Of a stretch of DNA of 64,000 bases, positions 20,584-30,929 are shown in pieces. Under the pieces are notes generated by a model. It had not been told where the DNA came from, did no database searches, and saw nothing but the letters and a program-made list of their open reading frames with translations. The position numbers were made by a program, and so were the translations under genes. The DNA comes from Cyanophyceae cyanobacterium (lineage in GTDB: Bacteria; Cyanobacteriota; Cyanobacteriia; Cyanobacteriales; JBHJGN01). The stretch spans positions 128,001 to 192,000 of the forward strand of contig JBHJGN010000004.1 in NCBI GenBank assembly GCA_050331735.1, in the 5' to 3' direction. Position 1 is the stretch's first letter. Every line of letters begins with the position of its first letter.

Positions 20584-21912
20584 ATGGGAGCTATTCAAGC
20601 CGTTAAAGGAACGCGGGACATTTTACCCGCAGAAGTGGGCTACTGGCAGCAGGTTGAAGCTGTTGCTGCTCAAATTCTTCATCGAGCCGCCTACCAAGAA
20701 ATGCGTCCGCCAGTGCTGGAGCATACAGAACTCTTTGAAAGAGGCATTGGCGAAGCAACGGACGTGGTCAGTAAGGAAATGTATACTTTTGACGATCGAG
20801 CCACGCCCCCGCGATCGCTGACGCTGCGTCCTGAAGTCACCGCCGGACTCGTGCGAGCCTTCATTCAAAATAGTCTGCACACCAGTGGCGGGGTGCAGCG
20901 GATTTGGTGTGTCGGCCCCGTGTTTCGCTACGAAAATCCTCAAGCTGGACGACAAAGACAGTTTCACCAGCTTGACGTTGAGGCTATTGGCAGTGGCGAT
21001 CCTCGGGCCGATGTGGAGGTGATTGCGATCGCCACCGATATTTTAAACTCTCTTGGTTTAACGAAGCTCCATCTTGACCTCAACTCCGTCGGGAATCGAG
21101 AAGATCGCCAGCACTATCGAGAAGCGCTGGTAAACTACTTTACTCCTTACCAGAACGAGCTAGACAAAGACTCTCAAGAGCGTCTCGGTCGTAACCCGCT
21201 GAGAATCCTCGACAGCAAAGACAAACGAACTCAGGAAATTGCCCAAGGAGCGCCCAACATCCTCGACTACTTGAGCGCCGATTCGCAGCGACATTTTGAC
21301 CGCGTTCAACAACTCTTAAACGTTCTCGGAATCAACTATCAGCTCAATCCTCGCCTGGTCCGCGGTCTAGATTACTACACCCATACCGCTTTTGAAATTA
21401 TTTCCGACGACCTCGGAGCACAGGCAACAGTCTGTGGTGGCGGACGTTATGATAGTTTGGTGCAGGAACTGGGCGGACCGGATACACCCGCTGTCGGTTG
21501 GGGAATGGGCCTAGAGCGCTTAATTCTGCTGCTACAGCAGAAGCAGATTGTTAGCTCTCGCCCAGATTTTTATATTGTTTCTCGGGGAGAACAGGCGGAA
21601 GCGCAAGCTTTAGTGTTGGCACAGAAGCTACGAACGCAGTTCTCAGTAGAGCTAGATCTTAGCGGGAGTAAGTTCGCTAAGCAGTTTAAACGCGCCGACC
21701 GCAGCGCGGCTTCTGCTTGCTTAGTTTTGGGAGAGGCAGAAGCTGCATCGAATACAGTTCAGCTCAAATGGATGGCCTCTGGAGAGCAACAGGAACTCTC
21801 TCAAGCACAATTACTCGCTATGACCGAGCAATTGCGAGAGCAACTCGCGTTACATCATCGGGAGAAAGAATATGAAGAACTGGGAGTTTCTGATTCAGAA
21901 AGCAGGGGATGA
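20584..21912 (+). CDS. hisS: Histidine--tRNA ligase
   Basis: KGTRDILP, LRPE.TAG, FRYENPQAGRQRQFHQ, LVRGLDYY and GGGRYD motifs. Confidence 0.98.
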   Translation: MGAIQAVKGTRDILPAEVGYWQQVEAVAAQILHRAAYQEMRPPVLEHTELFERGIGEATDVVSKEMYTFDDRATPPRSLTLRPEVTAGLVRAFIQNSLHTSGGVQRIWCVGPVFRYENPQAGRQRQFHQLDVEAIGSGDPRADVEVIAIATDILNSLGLTKLHLDLNSVGNREDRQHYREALVNYFTPYQNELDKDSQERLGRNPLRILDSKDKRTQEIAQGAPNILDYLSADSQRHFDRVQQLLNVLGINYQLNPRLVRGLDYYTHTAFEIISDDLGAQATVCGGGRYDSLVQELGGPDTPAVGWGMGLERLILLLQQKQIVSSRPDFYIVSRGEQAEAQALVLAQKLRTQFSVELDLSGSKFAKQFKRADRSAASACLVLGEAEAASNTVQLKWMASGEQQELSQAQLLAMTEQLREQLALHHREKEYEELGVSDSESRG

Positions 21913-23209
21913 CGTTTGGCAGCCTTTGCAAGCGTCTGGGGAAATTGAAGTCGGGAGCTATCGAATCGTGGCGCAAACGCAGCGAGTCAATACTGAGGTA
22001 GAAATTCGCGTCACCTACTACGGCAAGGTAACTCGCTCCCAAAAATGCCAGCGGCAGACTAACGCCGAAGGTCTGGTTGCCGTTGTTCCGTTCACCGACT
22101 TTCAACCGGGTTTGTGGGAAATTGACTGCCACGGCGACCTGATGGGGGAGCTAATGGGAGAAAGCTGGCAAGCAAGCCTGCATCTGCAAGTTGTACCCCC
22201 ACCAGAAGCGGCACCGGCTACAGAACGATCTGCTCCCTCTTCTAACAGCGAGATTGAAGACGCTTGGGAACTCGTTGCTTCGGTAGAGTTTGAGGACGAT
22301 CCGAATGCCGTGCCAGTGCCTCTAGCAGAGGATTTAAGGCAACCCGAAGCAGCAGGAAAGGAGCTACCAGAGTTAGAATTGACGCTCTATCAAGATACCT
22401 TCCTCAAAGGAAAAGAACCAATTCTGCTCTCGGGTCGCATTGATATTGCCAATGCCGATGCCTCGGCCCATTGGCAATTATTTGGCGGAAGACTGCGCTA
22501 CCAGCTCCGCGATCCGCGAACGGCAGAGGTGCTTTTCGATGCCCAACAGCCTTTGTCAAAACAAGCTTTGCCGCTGATCTTTAGCTACACTTTAGAACTT
22601 CAAGCTTGGGAAACCTGTTTGCTGCTAGGAGAGGTCTCTCTCGAAGTGGCTTCGGAACAGGATGAATCGGAAACAGTGCCGATCGCTAGCCAAGGCTTTA
22701 CCATTACCGCCGATGTCGCAGAGCTCCTTCCTGCTCAAGGATTCGATGTACAAAAGCTCAGACGGTATCAATCTGCTGGTGCGCTGCGTCGTCTCAGCTT
22801 ATTTGACCCCAGAAAAAGCCGAATGAACAAGCTGATGCGCTCGCGCTCCTCATCGGGGCAGATCCTGCCGCCGAGAATTAGCTCTCGGGATTCCGGCGAA
22901 CCGATTAGCGAACCTCAGCTCCCTAAATTTCCGATGCAGCTTGCCTCGGTAGCTAGCATTCAGTACTCTGATGCCGCCCTCGCTGAAGAGTCTGTCGCTG
23001 CTGATGACAAGGCGATCGCCGCTGACCAAGCTTTTGCTGCTCTGAACCTGCAAGAACGTTTCTGGTCGCGTCTGAGTTCTTTAACCGATCCGGAGGTAGA
23101 TTCTGTTGAGTCAGAAACAGATGCGGAAGACACTAACGGTGCTCGTGACGATGAGGAAGAAATTGATGTTGAAGCTACTGAAGAGGCTGAGCAAGCGACT
23201 CAAGATTAA
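21872..23209 (+). CDS. Hypothetical protein (acidic C-terminus)
   Basis: 445-aa ORF starting MKNWEFLIQK; overlaps the hisS 3' end by 41 nt. Confidence 0.75.
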   Translation: MKNWEFLIQKAGDDVWQPLQASGEIEVGSYRIVAQTQRVNTEVEIRVTYYGKVTRSQKCQRQTNAEGLVAVVPFTDFQPGLWEIDCHGDLMGELMGESWQASLHLQVVPPPEAAPATERSAPSSNSEIEDAWELVASVEFEDDPNAVPVPLAEDLRQPEAAGKELPELELTLYQDTFLKGKEPILLSGRIDIANADASAHWQLFGGRLRYQLRDPRTAEVLFDAQQPLSKQALPLIFSYTLELQAWETCLLLGEVSLEVASEQDESETVPIASQGFTITADVAELLPAQGFDVQKLRRYQSAGALRRLSLFDPRKSRMNKLMRSRSSSGQILPPRISSRDSGEPISEPQLPKFPMQLASVASIQYSDAALAEESVAADDKAIAADQAFAALNLQERFWSRLSSLTDPEVDSVESETDAEDTNGARDDEEEIDVEATEEAEQATQD

Positions 23210-23250
23210 ACTCCCCTGACTCGAAAGCCGAATGGAAAATAAGCGTCAAA

Positions 23251-24951
23251 TCACTTTGCAGCGGCTTTTTTTCGCTGTTTCTTGGCTTTAGCGGCTTTTT
23301 TGGCGGCTTTCTTCTCTGCTTCTATTCTTTGTCGCTCTTTTTCTTTCTCTTCTTCAAGCTTGGTTAAATAGTAGTGATAATCACCTCGATAAACCAGCAG
23401 TTCTCCGTCGCGAATTTCAACAATTTTATTTGCTACTTTAGAAATAAAGTAGCGATCGTGAGACACCACAATCAGAGAGCCATCATACTGCTGGAGTGCT
23501 TCTTCGAGCATTTCTTTGGCGGGAATATCCAGGTGATTCGTTGGCTCATCTAGCAGCAGTAAATTAGCCGGACTCAGCAGCATTTTAGCTAAGGCTAAGC
23601 GAGCTTTTTCGCCACCGCTGAGGGCGCTGACTGATTTTCGGACCGTATCACCGCTGAACAAAAATCTGCCGAGCAGGCTGCGAACTTCCTCGTTCTTCCA
23701 GTCGGGAACTTCGTCGTGGATGGTATCTATGACAGTTTTGTTGAGCGGCAATGCTTCTGCCTGATTTTGCTCAAAATAGCCAGGAATGACGTTGTGCTTG
23801 CCCAAGCTGACAATTCCTTCTTCCGGCTGCTCCAGGCCCATCATCATGCGTAGAAGCGTCGATTTGCCGGCTCCATTTGGTCCTAAAATAGCAATGCGAT
23901 CGCTTCTTTCTACCAACAGTTCAGCGCCTAAAAACAAAATCTTATCGCTGTAGGTGTGAACGAGATCCTTAATAGCGACTACTTCCCGTCCGCTGCGTGG
24001 GGAAGGGGGAAATCGAAAGCGCAACGTTTTAACATCGGCGATTGGGGCTTCTATGCGCTCAATTTTTTCAAGCTGTTTCTCGCGGCTTTTTGCCTGGGTA
24101 CTGCGGGTCGCGCTAGCGCGGAAGCGCTCCACAAAGGCCTGCTGACGCTCGATCTCTTTCTGCTGGCGCTCGTAGGTGCTTTGCTGAGCTACTTTTGCTT
24201 CTGCTTTTTGCTGAAGGTAGGCAGAGTAGTTGCCCAAGTAGGTTGTAGATACTCCCCGTTCGGTTTCGACAATCTTGGTGCAGAGGCGGTCTAGAAACTC
24301 GCGGTCGTGGGAAACAATTACCATCGGAGTGTTTAACTCTTTGAGGTAATTTTCCAGCCACTCAATGGTCGCCAAATCGAGATGGTTAGTGGGCTCGTCG
24401 AGCAGCAGCAGATCTGGGCTTTGCAGCAAAATCTTGCCTAAGCTCATCCGCATCTGCCAGCCACCGCTAAAGGAGCTAACCAGGCGATCACCGTCTTCGG
24501 CGGCGAATCCCATCTCTGGTAGAATCTTTTCAATCTGAGCTTCAAGTCCATAGCCGTCTAACGCCTCAAACTGTCGCTGATGCTTGTCTAGCTTGTTAAT
24601 CAAAGTCTCTAGCTGCTCTGGCGTTGCTGTTTCCATCTCGTGCTGCACCTGGACAAGAGCCTGCTGCACTCGATTCGCCTCCTCAAATACTGTCCAGAAT
24701 TCTTCTCGCACCGTCCGAGTTGGTTCAACCTCAAACTCCTGCGTTAGATAAGCAATGTGCAGGCTAGCTGGTCGAATGACCTCTCCAGAGGTGGCTTCTG
24801 TCTCTCCGGTAATAATGCGTAGCTGAGTCGATTTTCCGGCTCCGTTAACCCCGACGAGTCCAACTCGCTCTCCGGGCTTCACTTCCCAGTTAACGTCTTT
24901 GAGCACTTCACCCGTTGGGTATATCTTGCTAATATGTTCGAGTCGCAGCAT
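23251..24951 (-). CDS. ABC-F family ATP-binding protein
   Basis: Two ABC domains (GVNGAGKST, GPNGAGKST; LLLDEPTNHLD twice), no TM segments; start placed at MLRLEH. Confidence 0.93.
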   Translation of the reverse strand: MLRLEHISKIYPTGEVLKDVNWEVKPGERVGLVGVNGAGKSTQLRIITGETEATSGEVIRPASLHIAYLTQEFEVEPTRTVREEFWTVFEEANRVQQALVQVQHEMETATPEQLETLINKLDKHQRQFEALDGYGLEAQIEKILPEMGFAAEDGDRLVSSFSGGWQMRMSLGKILLQSPDLLLLDEPTNHLDLATIEWLENYLKELNTPMVIVSHDREFLDRLCTKIVETERGVSTTYLGNYSAYLQQKAEAKVAQQSTYERQQKEIERQQAFVERFRASATRSTQAKSREKQLEKIERIEAPIADVKTLRFRFPPSPRSGREVVAIKDLVHTYSDKILFLGAELLVERSDRIAILGPNGAGKSTLLRMMMGLEQPEEGIVSLGKHNVIPGYFEQNQAEALPLNKTVIDTIHDEVPDWKNEEVRSLLGRFLFSGDTVRKSVSALSGGEKARLALAKMLLSPANLLLLDEPTNHLDIPAKEMLEEALQQYDGSLIVVSHDRYFISKVANKIVEIRDGELLVYRGDYHYYLTKLEEEKEKERQRIEAEKKAAKKAAKAKKQRKKAAAK

Positions 24952-25070
24952 AAAGAAACTTCCGAGATCAACAAATGCAGCCTTCTGCCCGTTAAATTGT
25001 ATAACAAATTTTGAATATTTGTAAGCAACTTTAGTCGAGTTATCTACATAGTATTGGGTCAGACTCAAGG

Positions 25071-25664
25071 TTACGGCGATCTAAACGGATTCGCTAAAAC
25101 ACCTAAAATACTGTTAATTTCTTTAATATAAAAATCACTGAGATCGATAAAAACTTGCTGATTAACAAGTTTAAGAAATTTCCAGATAGAGCCAGTCGTC
25201 ACGGCACCATAGATGAATTCCGTCTCTTGTTGATTAAAACGCTGTGCAGCAACCATTTCAGCAATACACTGTCCTAATCCACCTTTGATATTTTCGTTTT
25301 TTGCTTCTACTAAAGTGACGACAGGAGTACGAATTTCATAGATTTCTGGCGATGCGGTCAGAATGTAGTCGCAGTATCCGTTCAATCCAATACTAAAATC
25401 AACATTGAATTCTACCCCCGAAAAAAAGCTGATTTTGTAATCGAAGATCCGGCGAACTTCTAGCAAAACTGGAGCAATTATTAATTCAGAGCGAGCTTTT
25501 TCTGTATTAATTGCACTAGCAAGCGGTAAATTTTCTCGAAGCGTTTGTTGCAGATACTGACTTGGCTCAATAGGTTCTATGCTGGTAAATAAATAGTCTT
25601 CTGCAATGGCAAGATCGAAAGCAACTCTTGCTTTCGTAATCGTTGTGAAATCACTGTAAGCCAT
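25071..25664 (-). CDS. Hypothetical protein, PD-(D/E)XK-like fold
   Basis: EKARSELII.P.L...GYCDY...VEAK..GLGQC..YGAVTTG..W.F pattern of a cyanobacterial restriction-endonuclease-like family. Confidence 0.7.
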   Translation of the reverse strand: MAYSDFTTITKARVAFDLAIAEDYLFTSIEPIEPSQYLQQTLRENLPLASAINTEKARSELIIAPVLLEVRRIFDYKISFFSGVEFNVDFSIGLNGYCDYILTASPEIYEIRTPVVTLVEAKNENIKGGLGQCIAEMVAAQRFNQQETEFIYGAVTTGSIWKFLKLVNQQVFIDLSDFYIKEINSILGVLANPFRSP

Positions 25665-25760
25665 TGTTTTTACCCAGTTCGTTTTTGAAAGCTACACAGT
25701 TTGAATGAGGGGAAAGGGCGGCATGGTTAAGCCAGTAGCTAGAGCTGAAATTAGCAGAAG

Positions 25761-26624
25761 CTAGTGCGATCGCGGATTAAAGACTTCGCTGAGTCCTTCT
25801 CCGAGCAGCGAGAGTCCAACCACCATTGAAGACATGGCTAAGCCTGGAAATAGGGCCGTCCACCAAATTCCAGTGGGGAGAGCATCGAGGGCTAGTTTGA
25901 GGTCGTGACCCCATTCTGGAACCGTTTCCGGCAATCCTAGACCTAGAAATCCGAGCGCCCCCAAAATGAGAATGGCATCGGCGGCGTTGAGGGTAAACAG
26001 CACTGGAACGCTTTGAATGACGTTGAAAAACAGATAGCGAGACAGCACTCTCGCTGGCGTAGCTCCCATTGCTCTAGCCGCTTCAACGAACAGTTCGGTC
26101 TTAACGCTCGTTGTATGGTTGCGAACAACGCGAAAATACTGCGGCACATAGGAAATACTCAAGGCGATCGCCGCGTTCAAAACGCCGCGACCAACGACAA
26201 ATGCTAAGGTGACAGACAGCAGCAGTCCGGGCAAGGTATAAATGGTATCCATCAAAAACAGCAATACCCGATCGACTTTGCCGCCTAAATAGCCGCTAAT
26301 TAAACCGAGAGGAACGCCAACGATTAAGGATAAAGTGGTAGCGAGAACCACCACCTGGAGAGCTGCCTGAGAGCCGATTAGAGTCCGCGAAAAAACATCA
26401 TAGCCCTGACGAGTCGTGCCAAACCAATAGTCAGCACCAGGAGGTTCGTGAATCGGATTAATTAAAGATTCAGTGGGATCTTGCAGCCATCCCCAGGCTT
26501 GCAACACTGGAGCGAGCAGGGCGACGCTGATGAAGAAAAGAGTAATGGCTAGCCCGACTAACATGAGCTGTCGAGACAGGCTTGGAGCCGTCAGACGGGG
26601 AAGGGTAAATTTTGTGGTGGTCAC
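25761..26624 (-). CDS. Peptide/nickel ABC transporter permease (DppC-like)
   Basis: WFGT..GYDVFSR, EAA motif FVEAARAMGA, and GLG...PEWG. Confidence 0.92.
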   Translation of the reverse strand: MTTTKFTLPRLTAPSLSRQLMLVGLAITLFFISVALLAPVLQAWGWLQDPTESLINPIHEPPGADYWFGTTRQGYDVFSRTLIGSQAALQVVVLATTLSLIVGVPLGLISGYLGGKVDRVLLFLMDTIYTLPGLLLSVTLAFVVGRGVLNAAIALSISYVPQYFRVVRNHTTSVKTELFVEAARAMGATPARVLSRYLFFNVIQSVPVLFTLNAADAILILGALGFLGLGLPETVPEWGHDLKLALDALPTGIWWTALFPGLAMSSMVVGLSLLGEGLSEVFNPRSH

Positions 26625-26664
26625 TTTCTAACTCCATTGAATCTCCTAATAATTAATTTGTAGT

Positions 26665-26700
26665 AGGGAAAAAGGGGAAAGGGGAAGGGGAAAAGGGAAA
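26665..26700 (+). repeat. Short tandem AGGGGAA-type (STRR-like) repeat
   Basis: AGGGAAAAAGGGGAAAGGGGAAGGGGAAAAGGGAAA; 27 nt are identical (inverted) to 45293-45319. Confidence 0.7.
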
Positions 26701-26734
26701 TTTGATGTTTATCTCCAAACTCTTAAGGATAAAC

Positions 26735-26912
26735 CTCTCAAGAAAGAACTGAGATGATGACTAAAACTGGCCCGTCTGGGCTCTTAGTTTGCCAGAAGAG
26801 CCTCTTCGCGTCAAATGCTCAAGGAGGGCATACCTGCTCAGCATGCCCTCTGCGTGGAAATTGAGGAATATATACAAGGAACCCACGGTCGGGTCACCTC
26901 AATCAACCTTGA
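26735..26912 (+). ncRNA. ssrS: Probable 6S RNA (ends approximate)
   Basis: Rod-like fold: TGGCCCGTCTGGGCTCTT pairs with AAGGAACCCACGGTCGGGTCA (G-U pairs valid only on +), central bubble with AATATATAC, inner CCTC/GAGG stem, and terminal GAGGGCAT/ATGCCCTC hairpin; resembles cyanobacterial 6S RNA. Confidence 0.8.
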
Positions 26913-26916
26913 CTAT

Positions 26917-28311
26917 CTATTTAGCGGATACAGCCTCAGTGGGGAGAAAACTGTCGAGCACCTGACGGTATTCGCTCTTTTGCTTCACTCCTTTCATTTC
27001 CTGAAGCATTTCCTTGTCTTTAAAGAACTGAATGGTCGGCGTACCAACTACTTGAGCCGTTTTGGCAATGTCGGGATCTTCCACAATATCGATCTCGACA
27101 AAGTGAATTTTGCCCTCGTACTCGTTAATAACGCTGTTAAGAATCGGCTTGAGCTGTTTGCAAGGACCGCAGGTTGGAGAGACATACTTGACCATAATCG
27201 GGCGATCACTTTCATGGAAGAGCCGACGCAGCGCGTAGCCTCCATGATACTTCGTGGCGTTGATGTCGAAGGTTTCTTCTGTATCCGCCGCGCTGGTCGC
27301 TGCTTGAGGCTCGGTTTTCGGCTCCTCTTCTGATGCTGGCTTTTGATGATACTCAGTAATGAGGTGATTAACAGAAAGCCAGCGCTCTGCCTCCATCGCT
27401 GCCATACAGCCTGTCCCCGCAGCGGTAATCGCCTGCCGATATTCGTGGTCCTGGACATCTCCAGCCGCATACACCCCCTCGACGCTTGTCGAGACAGTAC
27501 CAGGCTGCACCTTGATATAGCCAACATTATCGAGTTCGAGCTGACCTTTAAACAGAGACGTATTGGGGTTATGACCGATGGCGTAGAATAAGCCTTTAAC
27601 GTGGAGATCTGATTCTTCCCCAGTTTGATTATTGCGTAGCTTGATGCCATCGAGATGTTTGCCGTCCCCGAACACATCAACGGCCTCGGTGTTCCAATGA
27701 ACGGTAATCTTAGGGTTATTAAATACCCGATCCTGCATCGTTTTGCTAGCACGTAACTCGTCCCGACGCACCAGCAAATGCACGTGGTCGCCATACTTAG
27801 TCAGATAAACCGCTTCTTCGGCGGCGGAGTCTCCGCCGCCAACAACTGCGACTTCCTGGCCGTGGAAAATGGGGCTAGCGCCATCGCAAATGGCACAGGC
27901 AGAAATCCCGTGACTCCAAAATTGGTTCTCGCAGGGGAGGTCTAACCGCTTTGCCGTTGCCCCTGTCGCAATCACGATGCTGTGAGCTTTCAATTCTCTT
28001 TCGTTGGAGCGAATCACAAACGGGCGCTGACTGAGATCGACATGAACAACGTCTTCTGTGTAGCTCTCGGTTCCCCAGCGGAGAGCCTGAGCCTTCATTC
28101 GTTCCATCAATTCGGGGCCTGTCAATCCTTCTGGGAAGCCGGGAAAATTTTCGACTTCTGTCGTGGTCATGAGCTGACCGCCCGGTATTCCGGCTTGATA
28201 TCCTTCAAACATGACGGGCTTTAAATTAGCTCTAGCAGCATAGATAGCAGCCGTATAGCCAGCCGGACCAGAACCAATAATCACTAAATTTTCTACCTGG
28301 GAATTTGTCAT
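26917..28311 (-). CDS. trxB: NADPH-thioredoxin reductase fused to a C-terminal thioredoxin (NTRC type)
   Basis: [23 protein letters not shown] and AAGDV motifs plus a C-terminal CGPC thioredoxin domain; start placed at MTNSQV. Confidence 0.95.
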   Translation of the reverse strand: MTNSQVENLVIIGSGPAGYTAAIYAARANLKPVMFEGYQAGIPGGQLMTTTEVENFPGFPEGLTGPELMERMKAQALRWGTESYTEDVVHVDLSQRPFVIRSNERELKAHSIVIATGATAKRLDLPCENQFWSHGISACAICDGASPIFHGQEVAVVGGGDSAAEEAVYLTKYGDHVHLLVRRDELRASKTMQDRVFNNPKITVHWNTEAVDVFGDGKHLDGIKLRNNQTGEESDLHVKGLFYAIGHNPNTSLFKGQLELDNVGYIKVQPGTVSTSVEGVYAAGDVQDHEYRQAITAAGTGCMAAMEAERWLSVNHLITEYHQKPASEEEPKTEPQAATSAADTEETFDINATKYHGGYALRRLFHESDRPIMVKYVSPTCGPCKQLKPILNSVINEYEGKIHFVEIDIVEDPDIAKTAQVVGTPTIQFFKDKEMLQEMKGVKQKSEYRQVLDSFLPTEAVSAK

Positions 28312-28735
28312 TCTTAAATGAAACTCATAACGACTACGTATAAGCACAGTATAATATATTTTCTCCCAATGAAAAAGACCTACAGCAGAATTTCAGCAGC
28401 AAACCCCTGAGCAAGCAATATTTGCTGTCATGTTGCTAGCTGAGCTACTGTGTAAAGCTGCAACGCTGGATTGAGCAGGAGCAAGCTTCGCGAACGTCGT
28501 TGTGTCAATTGCACGAAAACAACTTATTTGCCAATCGAAGATGGAGGAGAGCAAAGGAGCAGAAGAAGCGAAATGCTCTCCAGCTAGCAGCTCCCGGTGC
28601 TGTGTCTGCTTTAAAATTTAAGTCTACCCAGCTACGGCTCTTTAAGATTAACCGAAGCGATCGCCCCTGGAGCGGACTCTTACTAGATACAGATGAAGGA
28701 CGTTAATTGCCAAAGCTACATTGTAGCCATCAAAT

Positions 28736-29392
28736 GTGGAGAAAACGATGAAACAGTTAAGACCTAATCGGAATCAAGCTCAAGTCCTGGCAGCCGTTTT
28801 TGGCGTACTGACGGGTCTACCAGCGATGATGCAAGAGGCTAAAGCTCAGTCTCCAGCTCCTGCCCTCGCTCAATGTCCAGGAATTTACTACGAAGAACCC
28901 TTCAACAGCATTGCTCTTGTTCCTGAAGGATGTCCGCCCAATGCCTATACGGGTCAACAGGGACAAGCTCCGGTTGCTCCTTTACCGGGTACGGTTGACG
29001 AGTCCGTTGCGCCGCTACCTGGTGATGCCGATATACCAGCTTCTGCTCCACCTCTTCCAGAAGAGCGCAGCGACCCCGTGGCCATGATCATGCCTGTGGA
29101 CGGACAAGTGAGCGTGACGATCAAAAACAACACAAACGCCATCATCACCTATGAAGCCGTTGGACATACCGAACGACGCTATTTACAGGGCGGAGAAGAA
29201 ACAATGCTCACCGATTTACCACTCCCCTTAACGCTAACGATGGTGCGGCAAGATGATGGCTTTATTGAAGTGAAGCCCCTCGCTTCTGATTCAGGAATGC
29301 TCGAGGTGACCCTAGATGAAGAGGCACAACCCCTCGACGATAACCAAGGAGTGCTGAGAATTCAAGAAGATGGACAAGTCTTTTTGAACTAG
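28736..29392 (+). CDS. Hypothetical exported protein
   Basis: Signal peptide (AKA/QS), CPGIYYEEPF...GCPPNA Cys pair, Pro-rich linker and beta-rich C-terminal domain. Confidence 0.8.
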   Translation: MEKTMKQLRPNRNQAQVLAAVFGVLTGLPAMMQEAKAQSPAPALAQCPGIYYEEPFNSIALVPEGCPPNAYTGQQGQAPVAPLPGTVDESVAPLPGDADIPASAPPLPEERSDPVAMIMPVDGQVSVTIKNNTNAIITYEAVGHTERRYLQGGEETMLTDLPLPLTLTMVRQDDGFIEVKPLASDSGMLEVTLDEEAQPLDDNQGVLRIQEDGQVFLN

Positions 29393-29616
29393 ATGCCGCT
29401 CCGGGGACCAGAGACGAGTAGACGAGCAAGCGATCAAATCTGTGTAGGAGCGACAACAAGCGATCGCAGGAGAAAGCAGTAATTCCTTTTCCTGCACCAA
29501 GGCTAATATACATGAGGGATCTGAGCTGAATTTGAATACCTTGCGCTAACCTGAAGACGGTATCGGCAGGAAGCTTCAAGCTTGGCAAAGCGATTTTTTG
29601 GGCAAGTTTATCCTCC

Positions 29617-30609
29617 CTATCTAGCATAGCTGGGGTTTTCCCCTCTTCCTTGCTCCGCTTCGGTAAGGCGTTTAGTCTGCCGAAAAACTTCTTCTGCAAA
29701 AGCAGAATCAGAGCGCATTCGTTCAAAAAAGCGAATCAAGTCTTCTGGAGAACCTGTAAAAGCCATGCGAACGCTAGCATAGTTTACTTCAATGCTTGGC
29801 GCTTCCTCGGTTGTTGATGCTTGGGGCTCGGAGTTAGAAACGCTAACGTCAGAGGACTGATTCGCTGTGGAGGGGTCATCTTGACGAGTATCGGTTTCAT
29901 CAAGAATTTCTTGAATTGTTGCCGTTCGACCAGAAAACCGACCCGCTAAAATTCTGACAGGGGTTCCAACGGTGAGTTGACTGCTATGCTCGAGCTCATC
30001 GGCTCTGTAGAGCTTAATAATACTGCCTACATCCGCGATCCGCACCCGAAACCTCGTGTTGGCACTGGGCCGTATTGGTACTTGACGAGCGTTTGTTTCC
30101 ATTACCGAAACCTCAATCGTTTGTAAAGGCTTCTCTTGAATTGGAGATTCTCGTGCTGAGCCAGCCATAAAAACCTTGTTGGCAGTTGCTTTTTTGTAGT
30201 ACCCAACGATTGTTTTGGCCTTGGAGTAGGTAATAGATTCTCCTTGATGTGCCCGAGCGAGGGCTTTGTGGCGAGCTTCAGGCGGGGTGGAAGGAGCAGC
30301 TAAGAGATAAAGGGCGGATACAGCAATATCCAAATTCTTAAAGTTTACGCTTTTAAACTGTTCGTAAACCTGCATAAATTTAGTAGCTGCTGACAGACTT
30401 AACTCAAATTCAGCAAGCAGCCAGTTTCTAAAGTTTCCGTGACCAAGTTGCTCTTTTACTTCCGTTAATTTTTGTCCGACATTAACGATATCTTGGGCTG
30501 TTCGGCGCAGAATATTTTTGATTTCAATCGTTCGCTGCTGAACAACTCCTCGAGTTTCCTGAGCGAGAGCATTATAGTCAAAGTGTTGAGATTGAATAAG
30601 GTCGTTCAT
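29617..30609 (-). CDS. DUF3102-domain protein
   Basis: FDYNAL...IVNVGQKL.EVKEQLGHG.F..WL.AEF...A.KFMQV...SALYLLAAPSTP. Confidence 0.8.
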   Translation of the reverse strand: MNDLIQSQHFDYNALAQETRGVVQQRTIEIKNILRRTAQDIVNVGQKLTEVKEQLGHGNFRNWLLAEFELSLSAATKFMQVYEQFKSVNFKNLDIAVSALYLLAAPSTPPEARHKALARAHQGESITYSKAKTIVGYYKKATANKVFMAGSARESPIQEKPLQTIEVSVMETNARQVPIRPSANTRFRVRIADVGSIIKLYRADELEHSSQLTVGTPVRILAGRFSGRTATIQEILDETDTRQDDPSTANQSSDVSVSNSEPQASTTEEAPSIEVNYASVRMAFTGSPEDLIRFFERMRSDSAFAEEVFRQTKRLTEAEQGRGENPSYAR

Positions 30610-30929
30610 ATCCTCCTAGTCTGGCTAATATCACTTAAAAATAAGAATAGAAAACTGACATGTCTTTACCGTGACGATCAGATGACAATAAAATGACAAG
30701 CTCCGTCGGGTAGAACTATCAAGCTTCTGCATATTGAACCAAATTGCTTCTATATCAAGAAGTTTTAGTCAAAAATCACTCTATCGATAGAGAAAGCCTA
30801 AGCTGACTTCAGTTAATATACTATGAAGAAATAAAGCGTTAAGTTTCGTAAATTTCAACAAATTCAAACTCTACAAATAAACTAGAAAGCAATTCGCTTT
30901 ACTTAATCGTTGAAGATCGTTAATCAAGC

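Noticed and set aside
26815..27333. 172-aa + strand ORF
   Set aside because: Antisense shadow of NTRC that also runs through the 6S RNA; no motifs.
29262..29726. 154-aa minus-strand ORF
   Set aside because: Overlaps both neighbouring genes and has no recognisable features.
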